A stretch of 64,000 nucleotides of DNA, taken from positions 17,236,001-17,300,000 of the forward strand of contig CATNEN010000038.1 of the NCBI GenBank assembly GCA_950097015.1, written 5' to 3'. The translations under genes and the position numbers were made by a program. Below are positions 47,010 through 59,318 of the stretch, piece by piece; the stretch's first letter is position 1; each line of letters opens with the position of its first letter. The notes beneath the pieces were generated by a model. The model was given only the letters and a program-made list of their open reading frames with translations. It was not told the DNA's origin and did no database searches. The DNA is from Macrostomum hystrix (taxonomy: Eukaryota > Animalia > Platyhelminthes).

Positions 47010-50000
47010 TTAATGCGGCTGTTGGCCAACGCGTTGATTCCCGCCGTTGCCACCGCCGCCGCCACCGCCGGGGCTGCCACCGATGCCGCAGACGCAGCCG
47101 GGGCCGACGCAGAACGGATGACCGCCGGTCGTATTCGGCCTTGGTGTGCTGCACATTTCGCACTCCTTCAAATCTGGATAATTCTCGAAGGTGCACTTGC
47201 GGCACTGCCAGGGTTGGGCACTGGGCGCCGGATCGTCCTCCGCAATGGACTGGTGAGACCTGTGCTGCGCCAGTGGATGCGTCGGCACAACTGGAGTTTG
47301 CGGTGCTGAGCGGGCCATATCTGCTGGCGACGATTGAAAAATAGTTATAAAGACTACAAAATTTCGATCGAAAAAAACTGGGATTTAAGTTTGAAGGAAA
47401 TACCATTCGGGAATCCCATTCGGGAATCCCATTCGGGAATCCCATTCGGGAATCCCATTCGGGAATCCCATTCGGGAATCCCATTCGGGAATCCCATTCG
47501 GGAATCCCATTCGGGAATCCCATTCGGGAATCCCATTCGGGAATCTCATTTGGGAATCTCATTCGGGAATCCCATTAAGGAATCTCATTCGAGAATCCTT
47601 TTTTGGAGTCGCTTTAGATATATAGGGCAACTTGCCTGGTATTTGTCTATGGCCAGGTTGTTGCTGAGGCCCAGGAGGACTAGACACCTGATGCTGATAC
47701 CGCTGCTGCTGCGTTTTATCGTTCGCGACAGTATTAACTGACGTCGATGACAATCCGCCAGTCCCGGCTGAGGAAGCAGTGGAAGACGACACTGATGACA
47801 GCGACGTCAAGGAGGGTTGTTGACGCGGAGGGAGCGGCGGCGGAGCTCCAGACGGACTCGCTAGCGTCGGCGGCGGAGCACAGCTTCGTCTGAGCTCGTA
47901 GCGCAGCTCATTGACGAGCACCTCGAAGCAGCAGTCGCTGCCGCCAGCGACTGCGTCGGAACCTCGAACTCTCGCAGAGCCGTGGTCGTGCTCACCGCTG
48001 GCCAGCTGGTTTCGACGGCAAGTCAGCAGAGATTGGAGCAGGTCGCGCCGGATTGACAGGTCTGACTGCAGCTTCTGCAGCTCATTGTACGACTGGCGAC
48101 GACGGCAAGTTAACTGGTGCAGCCGCTTGCGTTGTAGGGCCACTGCACAATGTGGGAGGAATTGTGGACATTTCTAATTCAGGAGTGTTAATTTAAGTAT
48201 TTAGGTTCAGATGCTAGGAAAGTCGCGATTACCCACAGCCAGTCAACCTATCAGACCGGTCATTACCCACAGCCACCCATTATATTAGGCAGGTCATTAC
48301 CCACAGCCACCCATTATATTAGGCAGGTCATTACCCACAGCCACCCATTATATTAGGCAGGTCATTACCCACAGCCACCCATTATATTAGGCAGGTCATT
48401 ACCCACAGCCACCCATTATATTAGGCAGGTCATTACCCACAGCCACCCATTATATTAGGCAGGTCATTACCCACAGCCACCCATTATATTAGGCAGGTCA
48501 TTACCCACAGCCACCCATTATATTAGGCAGGTCATTACCCACAGCCACCCATTATATTAGGCAGGTCATTACCCACAGCCACCCATTATATTAGGCCGGT
48601 CATTACCCACAGCCACCCATTATATTAGGCAGGTCATTACCCACAGCTACCCATTATATTAGGCAGGTCATTACCCACAGCCACCCATTATATTAGGCCG
48701 GTCATTACCCACAGCCACCCATTATATTAGGCCGGTCATTACCCACAGCCACCCATTATATTAGGCAGGTCATTACCCACAGCTACCCATTATATTAGGC
48801 CGGTCATTACCCACAGCCACCCATTATATTAGGCCGGTCATTACCCACAGCCACCCATTATATTAGGCCGGTCATTACCCACAGCCACCCATTATATTAG
48901 GCAGGTCATTACCCACAGCCACCCATTATATTAGGCCGGTCATTACCCACAGCCACCCATTATATTAGGCAGGTCATTACCCACAGCCACCCATTATATT
49001 AGGCCGGTCATTACCCACAGCCACCCATTATATTAGGCCGGTCATTACCCACAGCCACCCATTATATTAGGCAGGTCATTACCCACAGCCACCCATTATA
49101 TTAGGCCGGTCATTACCCACAGCCACCCATTATATTAGGCCGGTCATTACCCACAGCCACCCATTATATTAGGCCGGTCATTACCCACAGCCACCCATTA
49201 TATTAGGCAGGTCATTACCCACAGCTACCCATTATATTAGGCCGGTCATTACCCACAGCCACCCATTATATTAGGCCGGTCATTACCCACAGCCACCCAT
49301 TATATTAGGCCGGTCATTACCCACAGCCACCCATTATATTAGGCCGGTCATTACCCACAGCCACCCATTATATTAGGCCGGTCATTACCCACAGCCACCC
49401 ATTATATTAGGCCGGTCATTACCCACAGCCACCCATTATATTAGGCAGGTCATTACCCACAGCCACCCATTATATTAGGCCGGTCATTACCCACAGCCAC
49501 CCATTATATTAGGCCGGTCATTACCCACAGCCACCCATTATATTAGGCCGGTCATTACCCACAGCCACCCATTATATTAGGCAGGTCATTACCCACAGCC
49601 ACCCATTATATTAGGCAGGTCATTACCCAAAGCCACCCATTATATTAGGCAGGTCATTACCCACAGCTACCCATTATATTAGGCCGGTCATTACCCACAG
49701 CCACCCATTATATTAGGCCGGTCATTACCCACAGCCACCCATTATATTAGGCAGGTCATTACCCACAGCCACCCATTATATTAGGCAGGTCATTACCCAC
49801 AGCCACCCATTATATTAGGCAGGTCATTACCCACAGCCACCCATTATATTAGGCAGGTCATTACTCACAGCCACCCATTATATTAGGCAGGTCATTACCC
49901 ACAGCCACCCATTATATTAGGCAGGTCATTACCCACAGCCACCCATTATATTAGGCAGGTCATTACCCACAGCCACCCATTATATTAGGCAGGTCATTAC

Positions 50001-51962
50001 CCACAGCCACCCATTATATTAGGCAGGTCATTACTCACAGCCACCCATTATATTAGGCAGGTCATTACCCACAGCTACCCATTATATTAGGCCGGTCATT
50101 ACCCACAGCCACCCATTATATTAGGCAGGTCATTACTCACAGCCACCCATTATATTAGGCCGGTCATTACCCACAGCCACCCATTATATTAGGCAGGTCA
50201 TTACCCACAGCCACCCATTAAATTAGGCAGGTCATTACCCACAGCCACCCATTATATTAGGCAGGTCATTACCCACAGCCACCCATTATATTAGGCCGGT
50301 CATTACCCACAGCTACCCAATATATTAGGCAGGTCATTGCCCACAGCCACCCATTATATTAGGCCGGTCATTACCCACAGCCACCCATTATATTAGGCAG
50401 GTCATTACCCACAGCCACCCATTATATTAGGCAGGTCATTACCCACAGCCACCCATTATATTAGGCAGGTCATTACCCACAGCCACCCATTATATTAGGC
50501 AGGTCATTACTCACAGCCACCCATTATATTAGGCAGGTCATTACCCACAGCCACCCATTATATTAGGCAGGTCATTACCCACAGCCACCCATTATATTAG
50601 GCAGGTCATTACCCACAGCCACCCATTATATTAGGCAGGTCATTACTCACAGCCACCCATTATATTAGGCAGGTCATTACCCACAGCCACCCATTATATT
50701 AGGCAGGTCATTACCCACAGCCACCCATTATATTAGGCAGGTCATTACCCACAGCCACCCATTATATTAGGCAGGTCATTACTCACAGCCACCCATTATA
50801 TTAGGCAGGTCATTACCCACAGCCACCCATTATATTAGGCAGGTCATTACCCACAGCCACCCATTATATTAGGCAGGTCATTACCCACAGCCACCCATTA
50901 TATTAGGCCGGTCATTACCCACAGCTGCCCATTATATTAGGCAGGTCATTACCCAGTCATAATATTCACAAAGAATCGGCTCACAATGCGCGTTCACGTC
51001 AGAAGGCTTGCCGGGAGTCACCGCGGGGGCTGTTAAGGGACTCGAACCCGAGCGCAATACTGGCGGAGGCGGCAGCGGCGGCGGCGGCTGCATCGGAGCC
51101 AGTGGTGGAAACGACAGTGGCGGAGTCGTCACCGGTACTAGCACATTCTGCTGCGGACTGTGCGGCTGTAGGTAGCGCAGCATCTCGGAGTCCTGCGGCA
51201 GATTCTCAGTGTCCAGAGTCAGAGGACCGCCGCTAAGCAGGTTCGGCTGGCTTGACGGCGGCCATCGCCGCATGCCGCTGCTGCTGTGGATGTTGTTCGC
51301 TAGCGCAGCGCGACAGTCATCGATATTGTTGCCGCTCTGGTGTGCGAGAGGGAATGCTAACAATGACTCATGTAGTTGACAATGACCTATTTAGCCAGCA
51401 ACGAACCATCTAGCTATTCATGAACCATCTAGCTATCCATGAACCATCTAGCTATCCATGAACCATCTAGCTATCAATCAACCATCTAGCTATCAATCAA
51501 CCATCTAGCTATCCGTGAACCATCTAGCTATCAATCAAACATCTAGCTATCAATCAAACATCTAGCTAGCAATGAACCATCTAGCTATCAATCAACCATC
51601 TAGCTATCCGTGAACCATCTAGCTATCAATCTAACATCTAGCTATCCGTAAACCATCTAGCTATCAATCAAACATCTAGCTATCCGTGAACCATCTAGCT
51701 ATCAATCAAACATCTAGCTAGCAATGAACCATCTAGCTATCAATCAACCATCTAGCTATCCGTGAGCCATCTAGCTATCAATCAACCATCTAGCTATCAA
51801 TCAACCATCTAGCTAATAATGCTAAGAATTACTAATCTAGCTAAAAATGACCCATTATGAATCGCTGGTACATTGAACACTCACTCTCAGAAGATTCTGT
51901 ATTTGCGAAGGACTAACGTGCGGGAACTCAACCCTTAGCCTATGCTCGGGTGAGCCGTCCAT
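47010..51962 (-). CDS. TAB2: TAK1-binding protein TAB2/3-like: join complement(51885..51962,50985..51336,47636..48142,47010..47320)
   Basis: N-terminal CUE-like LRVEFPHVSPSQIQNLLRSGNNIDDCRAAL, Pro-rich linker, coiled coil HLALQRKRLHQL...LQKLQSDL, NZF WQCRKCTFENYPDLKECEMCSTPR; this domain order is diagnostic of TAB2/3. Confidence 0.8.
47403..47595. repeat. 13-bp minisatellite (CGGGAATCCCATT) in TAB2 intron 3
   Basis: About 11 near-perfect plus degenerate copies. Confidence 0.93.
48228..50955. repeat. 34-bp minisatellite filling TAB2 intron 2
   Basis: GGCAGGTCATTACCCACAGCCACCCATTATATTA, about 80 copies. Confidence 0.97.
51403..51815. repeat. 19-bp minisatellite (AACCATCTAGCTATCAATC) in TAB2 intron 1
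   Basis: About 21 copies. Confidence 0.93.

Positions 51963-51963
<1 letters not shown>

Positions 51964-52002
<39 letters not shown>
51964..52002. repeat. (CAG)13, read as (CUG)13 directly before the TAB2 start codon
   Basis: Perfect triplet run ending 1 nt from the ATG. Confidence 0.9.
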
Positions 52003-52003
<1 letters not shown>

Positions 52004-52225
52004 GAAGTGCGGATGTATTGTAAAAACTGTTTCTTCAAATCAGTAGGAAGCGTGCAGCTACACAATGTGATTATCGAGTGCAATTTTATGCGACTTAACC
52101 ATGAACTTCTATAGTCAACAAGTAGATTATTTGTCACCTCATGGCTGAAATAGAATAATTTTATTCCTATGTTTAAGTCAAAGTTTTGCAATAGTTTGTA
52201 ATAGTCAAGGCATGGAAATTGATCT

Positions 52226-53250
52226 ATTGGTCATTGGCTGCTGTGTCTGTTAACTCCCTGGGTGTTGGTCATTGGCTGCTGTGTCTGTTACTCCCAGGGT
52301 GTTGGTCATTGGCTGCTGTGTCTGTTACTACCAGGGTGTTGGTCATTGGCTGCTGTGTCTGTAACTCCCAGGGTGTTGGTCATTGGCTGCTGTGTCTGTT
52401 ACTACCAGGGTGTTGGTCATTGGCTGCTGTGTCTGTTACTACCAGGGTGTTGGTCATTGGCTGCTGTGTCTGTTAACTCCCTGGGTGTTGGTCATTGGCT
52501 GCTGTGTCTGTTACTCCCAGGGTGTTGGTCATTGGCTGCTGTGTCTGTTACTACCAGGGTGTTGGTCATTGGCTGCTGTGTCTGTAACTCCCAGGGTGTT
52601 GGTCATTGGCTGCTGTGTCTGTTACTACCAGGGTGTTGGTCATTGGCTGCTGTGTCTGTTACTACCAGGGTGTTGGTCATTGGCTGCTGTGTCTGTTAAC
52701 TCCCAGGGTGTTGGTCATTGGCTGCTGTGTCTGTTACTCCCAGGGTGTTGGTCATTGGCTGCTGTGTCTGTAACTCCCAGGGTGTTGGTCATTGACTGCT
52801 GTGTCTGTAACTCCCAGGGTGTTGGTCATTGACTGCTGTGTCTGTTACTACCAGGGTGTTGGTCATTGACTGCTGTGTCTGTTACTACCAGGGTGTTGGT
52901 CATTGGCTGCTGTGTCTGTTACTCCCAGGGTGTTGGTCATTGGCTGCTGTGTCTGTTACTCCCAGGGTGTTGGTCATTGACTGCTGTGTCTGTAACTCCC
53001 AGGGTGTTGGTCATTGACTGCTGTGTCTGTAACTCCCAGGGTGTTGGTCATTGGCTGCTGTGTCTGTAACTCCCAGGGTGTTGGTCATTGGCTGCTGTGT
53101 CTGTAACTCCCAGGGTGTTGGTCATTGGCTGCTGTGTCTGTAACTCCCAGGGTGTTGGTCATTGGCTGCTGTGTCTGTAACTCCCAGGGTGTTGGTCATT
53201 GGCTGCTGTGTCTGTAACTCCCAGGGTGTTGGTCATTGACTGCTGTGTCT
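52226..53250. repeat. 37-bp intergenic minisatellite
   Basis: CAGGGTGTTGGTCATTGGCTGCTGTGTCTGTTACTCC, about 27 copies. Confidence 0.95.
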
Positions 53251-53701
53251 TCAGCTCTGGGAAGACTAGAAAAAATATAATAAGGAGACCTGTACATGAA
53301 GTGAGAAACAGAGGTAGAAATAATCTATTTGGTCGTAACAAAAAATGAATTAAAAATTGCAAATTAGAAAACTATCAAACAGCCGTTACAAAAGATGTGA
53401 TCACAAATATTTTGTTCGTTATACGGTATATTAATAGCTTATAAAAGTTGATAAAAGACAACATAACGTTAATTAAAAAACACTTAATGGAGGTAAATTA
53501 AACTGATTGTTAAAGTGCTTTTTAAAAGAAAAATTACACAGCTAAAACATCGTCTTTTTTATTATTAGAAAACATGACTCTTCGATCAATAGAGTTGGCA
53601 AAAGTAAGTTATGATATAGTTTTAACATTCGTAGGAGTATAATAATAAGTACATATTGCACACATGTGGTCCACGGCATTATAAAGAATTTTGCATATAA
53701 A

Positions 53702-56700
53702 CTAATTGACCTCATAAGCATTACAATATAGTAGAAGCACCCGATGTACAAAGAAACTAACAATAGACTAAGAGAATTAGAGAATAATGATGGGAGAAAA
53801 GAGTGATGGGAGAGAAGAGTGATGGGAGAAAAGAGTGATGAGAGAGAAGAGTGATGGGAGAAAAGAGTGATGGGAGAGAAGAGTGATGAGAGAAAAGAGT
53901 GATGGGAGAGAAGAGTGATGGGAGAAAAGAGTGATGGGAGAGAAGAGTGATGGGAGAAAAGAGTGATGGGAGAAAAGAGTGATGGGAGAGAATAATGATG
54001 GGAGAAAAGAGTGATGGGAGAGAAGAGTGATAGGAGAGAAGAGTGATGGGAGAGAAGAGTGATGGGAGAAAAGAGTGATGGGAGAAAAGAGTGATGGGAG
54101 AGAATAATGATGGGAGAAAAGAGTGATGGGAGAGAAGAGTGATGGGAGAGAAGAGTGATGGGAGAGAAGAGTGATGGGAGAAAAGAGTGATGGGAGAAAA
54201 GAGTGATGGGAGAGAATAATGATGGGAGAAAAGAGTGATGGGAGAGAAGAGTGATGGGAGAAAAGAGTGATGGGAGAGAAGAGTGATGGGAGAGAAGAGT
54301 GATGGGAGAGAAGAGTGATGGGAGAAAAGAGTGATGGGAGAGAAGAGTGATGGGAGAGAAGAGTGATGGGAGAGAATAATGATGGGAGAAAAGAGTGATG
54401 GGAGAGAAGAGTGATGGGAGAGAAGAGTGATGGGAGAAAAGAGTGATGGGAGAAAATAGTGATGGGAGAAAAGAGTGATGGGAGAGAATAATGATGGGAG
54501 AAAAGAGTGATGGGAGAAAAGAGTGATGGGAGAGAAGAGTGATGGGAGAAAAGAGTGATGGGAGAAAAGAGTGATGGGAGAGAATAATGATGGGAGAAAA
54601 GAGTGATGGGAGAGAAGAGTGATGGGAGAAAAGAGTGATGGGAGAGAAGAGTGATGGGAGAGAAGAGTGATGGGAGAGAAGAGTGATGGGAGAAAAGAGT
54701 GATGGGAGAGAAGAGTGATGGGAGAAAAGAGTGATGGGAGAAAAGAGTGATGGGAGAGAAGAGTGATGGGAGAAAAGAGTGATGCGAGAGAAGAGTGATG
54801 GGAGAGAAGAGTGGTGGGAGAAAAGAGTGATGAGAGAAAAGAGTGATGGGAGAGAAGAGTGATGGGAGAGAAGAGTGATGCGAGAGAAGAGTGATGGGAG
54901 AGAAGAGTGATGCGAGAGAAGAGTGATGGGAGAGAAGAGTGATGGGAGAAAAGAGTGATGGGAGAGAAAGGTGAACCATTATAAAAAATTTCGGCGCTTA
55001 AGTAAATGTGAAAACAAGATTGCACTGATCACTTATCAAGCAATCTAGCGAACTGCCTCTTAGCAAGGCAGGATGTAAGGACAAGATTTTTCATAGCCTG
55101 AGCATCGAACTCAACCAGCATTGAGTTGAGTTGGGCGTGAAGAATGTCGCTGAATTCTCGCATAGCTCTACAATCGTCACAGTTTTGAGCGGACAATTCA
55201 ACTAATTCGGTTAGTTTCTCATTGTCAACGATAGATTTGTGACCAAAATGCTCGTCTCGTTTAGTAGAATCCAACAATTTTAACGCTTCTAAACGGTTCT
55301 GTAATTCGTTAATCTGGGCTTGCCTATTAGTGCAGAACTGCAGCAAAACTGCTGGAATATCGGTCAGGTCAAGACCCAGTTCCTGCTGCTGCTCTTGCTT
55401 GTCATCTTGCAATAGAGACGAAGCATTCGATGAAGAATTTGAAGCCGAGGAATTCAGTGCGCAGGCAGCCGTCGGCGAAGGAAGAATTATAATCTTAGTC
55501 ATGGTTGTCATGCCGGCGAATGCTCCATCGAATTGATACAGCAGGGCGGTGAGAATAGCGGAGTCCTCGGCTACTTCAATGGCTGCTGCGGCTAGGGCCG
55601 AGTTATCAACGAATGAGGCAGACCTGTCCGGCTGATTATAAGTCTTTCTCTTAGCAAATAGGCTGCTAGCAAATTGGCCAGTTATTGATTCCACATTCTC
55701 GGCTTTGGATGTTAGCAATTGTCGCATGTACTGGCACAGCGCTAGCAGTAGATTGCAGTTCTCTGGCGGCGTGACGCCACCAAGCTCGGGCGGTCTTAGC
55801 AACCGGTTGGCAACTGCGGATAATTGCAAAATTCTAGTCTTAAACCCGCTGCTAGGTGACGCGATGTGAAAGTTGCGAGGTGGTGTCCGAGATAGTGACT
55901 CGTGTTTTTAATGTTGAAAGGTGTCAACGATGTTAAAGGGTGTCCAGGATGTTCAAGGGTGTCCTGTGTGTTCAAGGGTGTCCTGTGTGTTCAAGGGTGT
56001 CCTGTGTGTTCAAGGGTGTCCTGTGTGTTAAGGGTGACCAGGATGTTTGGAGGGTGCCCAGGATGTTAAAGGGTGTCCAGGATGTTCAAGGGTGTCCACG
56101 ATGTTAAATGGTGTCCAGGATGTTAAAGGGTGTCCAGGATGTTGAAGGGTGTCCTGTGTGTTGAGGGTGTCCAGGATGTTGAAGGGTGTCCTGTGTGTTG
56201 AGGGTGTCCAGGATGTTCAAGGGTGTCCTGTGTGTTCAAGGGTGTCCTGTGTGTTCAAGGGTGTCCTGTGTGTTAAGGGTGACCAGGATGTTTGGAGGGT
56301 GCCCAGGATGTTAAAGGGTGTCCAGGATGTTCAAGGGTGTCCACGATGTTAAATGGTGTCCAGGATGTTAAAGGGTGTCCAGGATGTTGAAGGGTGTCCT
56401 GTGTGTTGAGGGTGTCCAGGATGTTGAAGGGTGTCCAGGATGTTAAATGGTGTCCAGGATGTTGAAGGGTGTCCAGGATGTTAAATGGTGTCCAGGATGT
56501 TGAAGGGTGTCCAGGATGTTGAAGGGTGTCCAGTGTGTTGAAGGGTGTCCAGGATGTTGAAGGGTGTCCAGGATGTTAAAGGGTGCCCAGGATGTTAAAG
56601 GGTGTCCAGGATGTTAAAGGGTGTCCAGGATGTTGAAGGGTGTCCAGGATGTTAAAGGGTGTCCAGGATGTTAAAGGGTGTCCAGGATGTTCAAGGGTGT

Positions 56701-59318
56701 CCAGGATGTTAAAGGGTGTCCTGTGTGTTAAAGGGTGTCCAGGATGTTAAAGGGTGTCCAGGATGTTCAAGGGTGTCCAGGATGTTAAAGGGTGTCCAGG
56801 ATGTTGAAGGGTGTCGAGGATGTTAAAGGGTGTCCAGGATGTTAAAGGGTGTCCAGGATGTTGAAGGGTATCCAGGATGTTCAAGGGTGTCCTGTGTGTT
56901 TAAGGGTCTCCTGTGTGTTAAGGGTGACCAGGATGTTGAAGGGTGTCCAGGATGTTGAAGGGTGTCCAGGATGTTCAAGGGTGTCCAGGATGTTAAAGGG
57001 TGTCCAGGATGTTCAAGGGTGTCCAGGATGTTAAAGGGTGTCCAGGATGTTAAAGGGTGTCCTGTGTGTTAAAGGGTGTCCAGGATGTTCAAGGGTGTCC
57101 AGGATGTTAAAGGGTGTCCTGTGTGTTAAAGGGTGTCCTGTGTGTTAAAAGGTGTCCAGGATGTTGAAGGGTGTCCAGGATGTTAAAGGGTGTCCAGGAT
57201 GTTAAAGGGTGTCCAGGATGTTCAAGGGTGTCCAGGATGTTAAAGGGTGTCCTGTGTGTTAAAGGGTGTCCAGGATGTTAAAGGGTGTCCAGGATGTTCA
57301 AGGGTGTCCAGGATGTTAAAGGGTGTCCAGGATGTTGAAGGGTGTCGAGGATGTTAAAGGGTGTCCAGGATGTTAAAGGGTGTCCAGGATGTTAAAGGGT
57401 GTCCTGTGTGTTAAAGGGTGTCCAGGATGTTAAAGGGTGTCCAGGATGTTGAAAGATGTCCAGGATGTTGAAGGGTGTCCAGGATGTTGAAGGGTGTCCA
57501 GGATGTTAAAGGGTGCCCAGGATGTTAAAGGGTGTCCAGGATGTTAAAGGGTGTCCAGGATGTTGAAGGGTATCCAGGATGTTCAAGGGTGTCCTGTGTG
57601 TTTAAGGGTCTCCTGTGTGTTAAGGGTGACCAGGATGTTGAAGGGTGTCCAGGATGTTGAAGGGTGTCCAGGATGTTCAAGGGTGTCCAGGATGTTAAAG
57701 GGTGTCCAGGATGTTCAAGGGTGTCCAGGATGTTAAAGGGTGTCCAGGATGTTGAAGGGTGTCGAGGATGTTAAAGGGTGTCCAGGATGTTAAAGGGTGT
57801 CTAGGATGTTAAAGGGTGTCCAGGATGTTAAAGGGTGTCCTGTGTGTTAAAGGGTGTCCAGGATGTTAAAGGGTGTCCAGGATGTTGAAAGATGTCCAGG
57901 ATGTTGAAGGGTGTCCAGGATGTTGAAGGGTGTCCAGGATGTTAAAGGGTGCCCAGGATGTTAAAGGGTGTCCAGGATGTTAAAGGGTGTCCAGGATGTT
58001 GAAGGGTATCCAGGATGTTCAAGGGTGTCCTGTGTGTTTAAGGGTCTCCTGTGTGTTAAGGGTGACCAGGATGTTGAAGGGTGTCCAGGATGTTGAAGGG
58101 TGTCCAGGATGTTAAAGGGTGCCCAGGATGTTAATGGTTGTCCAGGATGTTAAAGGGTGTCCAGGATGTTGAAGGGTGTCCAGGATGTTAAAGGGTGCCC
58201 AGGATGTTAAAGGGTGCCCAGGATGTTAAATGGTGTCCAGGATGTTAAAGGGTGTCCAGGATGTTGAAGGGTGTCCAGGATGTTGAAGGGTTTCAAGAAT
58301 GTTGGATGGTCAAAGGGATTTAAAGATAAACTGACCAGCTGCGAAGTCATCGCCAGGCTCGTCGGCACCAGCTGCGGTGTGATCTCCATCGTCAGTAGTG
58401 CAATCTGACCCTTCGCCAATCATCAGCTCCTCGGCGACGCATTTCTGTCGCTCCGACGACAACAATTTCGAAGTGAACCGGCTCGGACAGTGAGCCAGTA
58501 GGGCGGCTCGAAGTTGCGCGGGCGCCACCGGCTCGGGCAGCTCGGCGAGGTAGCGGCGCAGCAGCGAGGCTGCGTCGTTCGGCGCGAAGTCGCGAGGCCG
58601 AACAGAATCACCGCGTTGATAAGCCCGACGAAGCTGACGAACATAGGCGACTCGACCGCTGGATCGCAGCTTGGAATGCGTCGGTGGGTCAGAATTTGTC
58701 GTCAGCCTCTCCAGACAGTCAGCAACCAGTCTAGGCAGGTAGGCGTGTCCACCGGCCGCAACCTGCCGGCGCATGACCTCCGACAGTGGCTGGCCGAAGG
58801 CTATACCGCCACGACTGCCGTAGGCAATCAGGTAGAGCTTGCCGAGCCATTCTTTCAGCTGCTGCCGGCTTTGCAGTCGGCCAATCAGAGCCGAGGAGCC
58901 TACAAGTGAGACAGGTGTGAATCTAGTGAGACAGGTGTGAATCTTTTGAGAAAGATGTGACTAGTGAGACTGTGAATCTTGTGTGATTGCTGTGATTAAT
59001 TTTTTAAAATATATAATGTAATATGCAAACTGCCTTCTTACCCGATTTGTTAATAATCCTGAATCGAAAATCTTCCTCATTAGTAGCCTCATCTTCAGCC
59101 TCCTCTAGCTCGCAGCTGGTCAAGTCAATCTGTTGAACAAGCAACAAATTTGGCGCGCTGCTGTCTTTTGATGGCAGCAGCTTATAAACCATCAAGCAAC
59201 CGTTGCTAAGCAACCGAGCAAAGCGCTCGCTCCAACGTTTGGAAACTGGATAATAATTTTGCACATGTATGCAACCCTCGATTACACTGGTAGGAACTTC
59301 AGATTGGGATAGCATCAT
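53702..59318 (-). CDS. PH-RhoGAP-coiled coil protein, ARHGAP22/24/25 (FilGAP) family: join complement(59042..59318,58336..58899,55033..55813,53702..53756); last exon tentative
   Basis: PH (EGCIHVQ..KRWSERFARL..QLKEWLGKL), linker YGSRGGIAFGQPLSEV like ARHGAP24 WGPFGGGIFGQKLEDT, GAP with Arg finger LRSSG and ASLLRRYLAELPEP, C-terminal helical region. Confidence 0.8.
53773..54970. repeat. 16-bp purine-rich minisatellite (GAGTGATGGGAGAGAA)
   Basis: About 74 copies; fills the predicted last RhoGAP intron. Confidence 0.96.
55911..58300. repeat. 19-bp minisatellite (GGATGTTAAAGGGTGTCCA) with higher-order duplications
   Basis: About 125 copies in RhoGAP intron 2. Confidence 0.96.
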
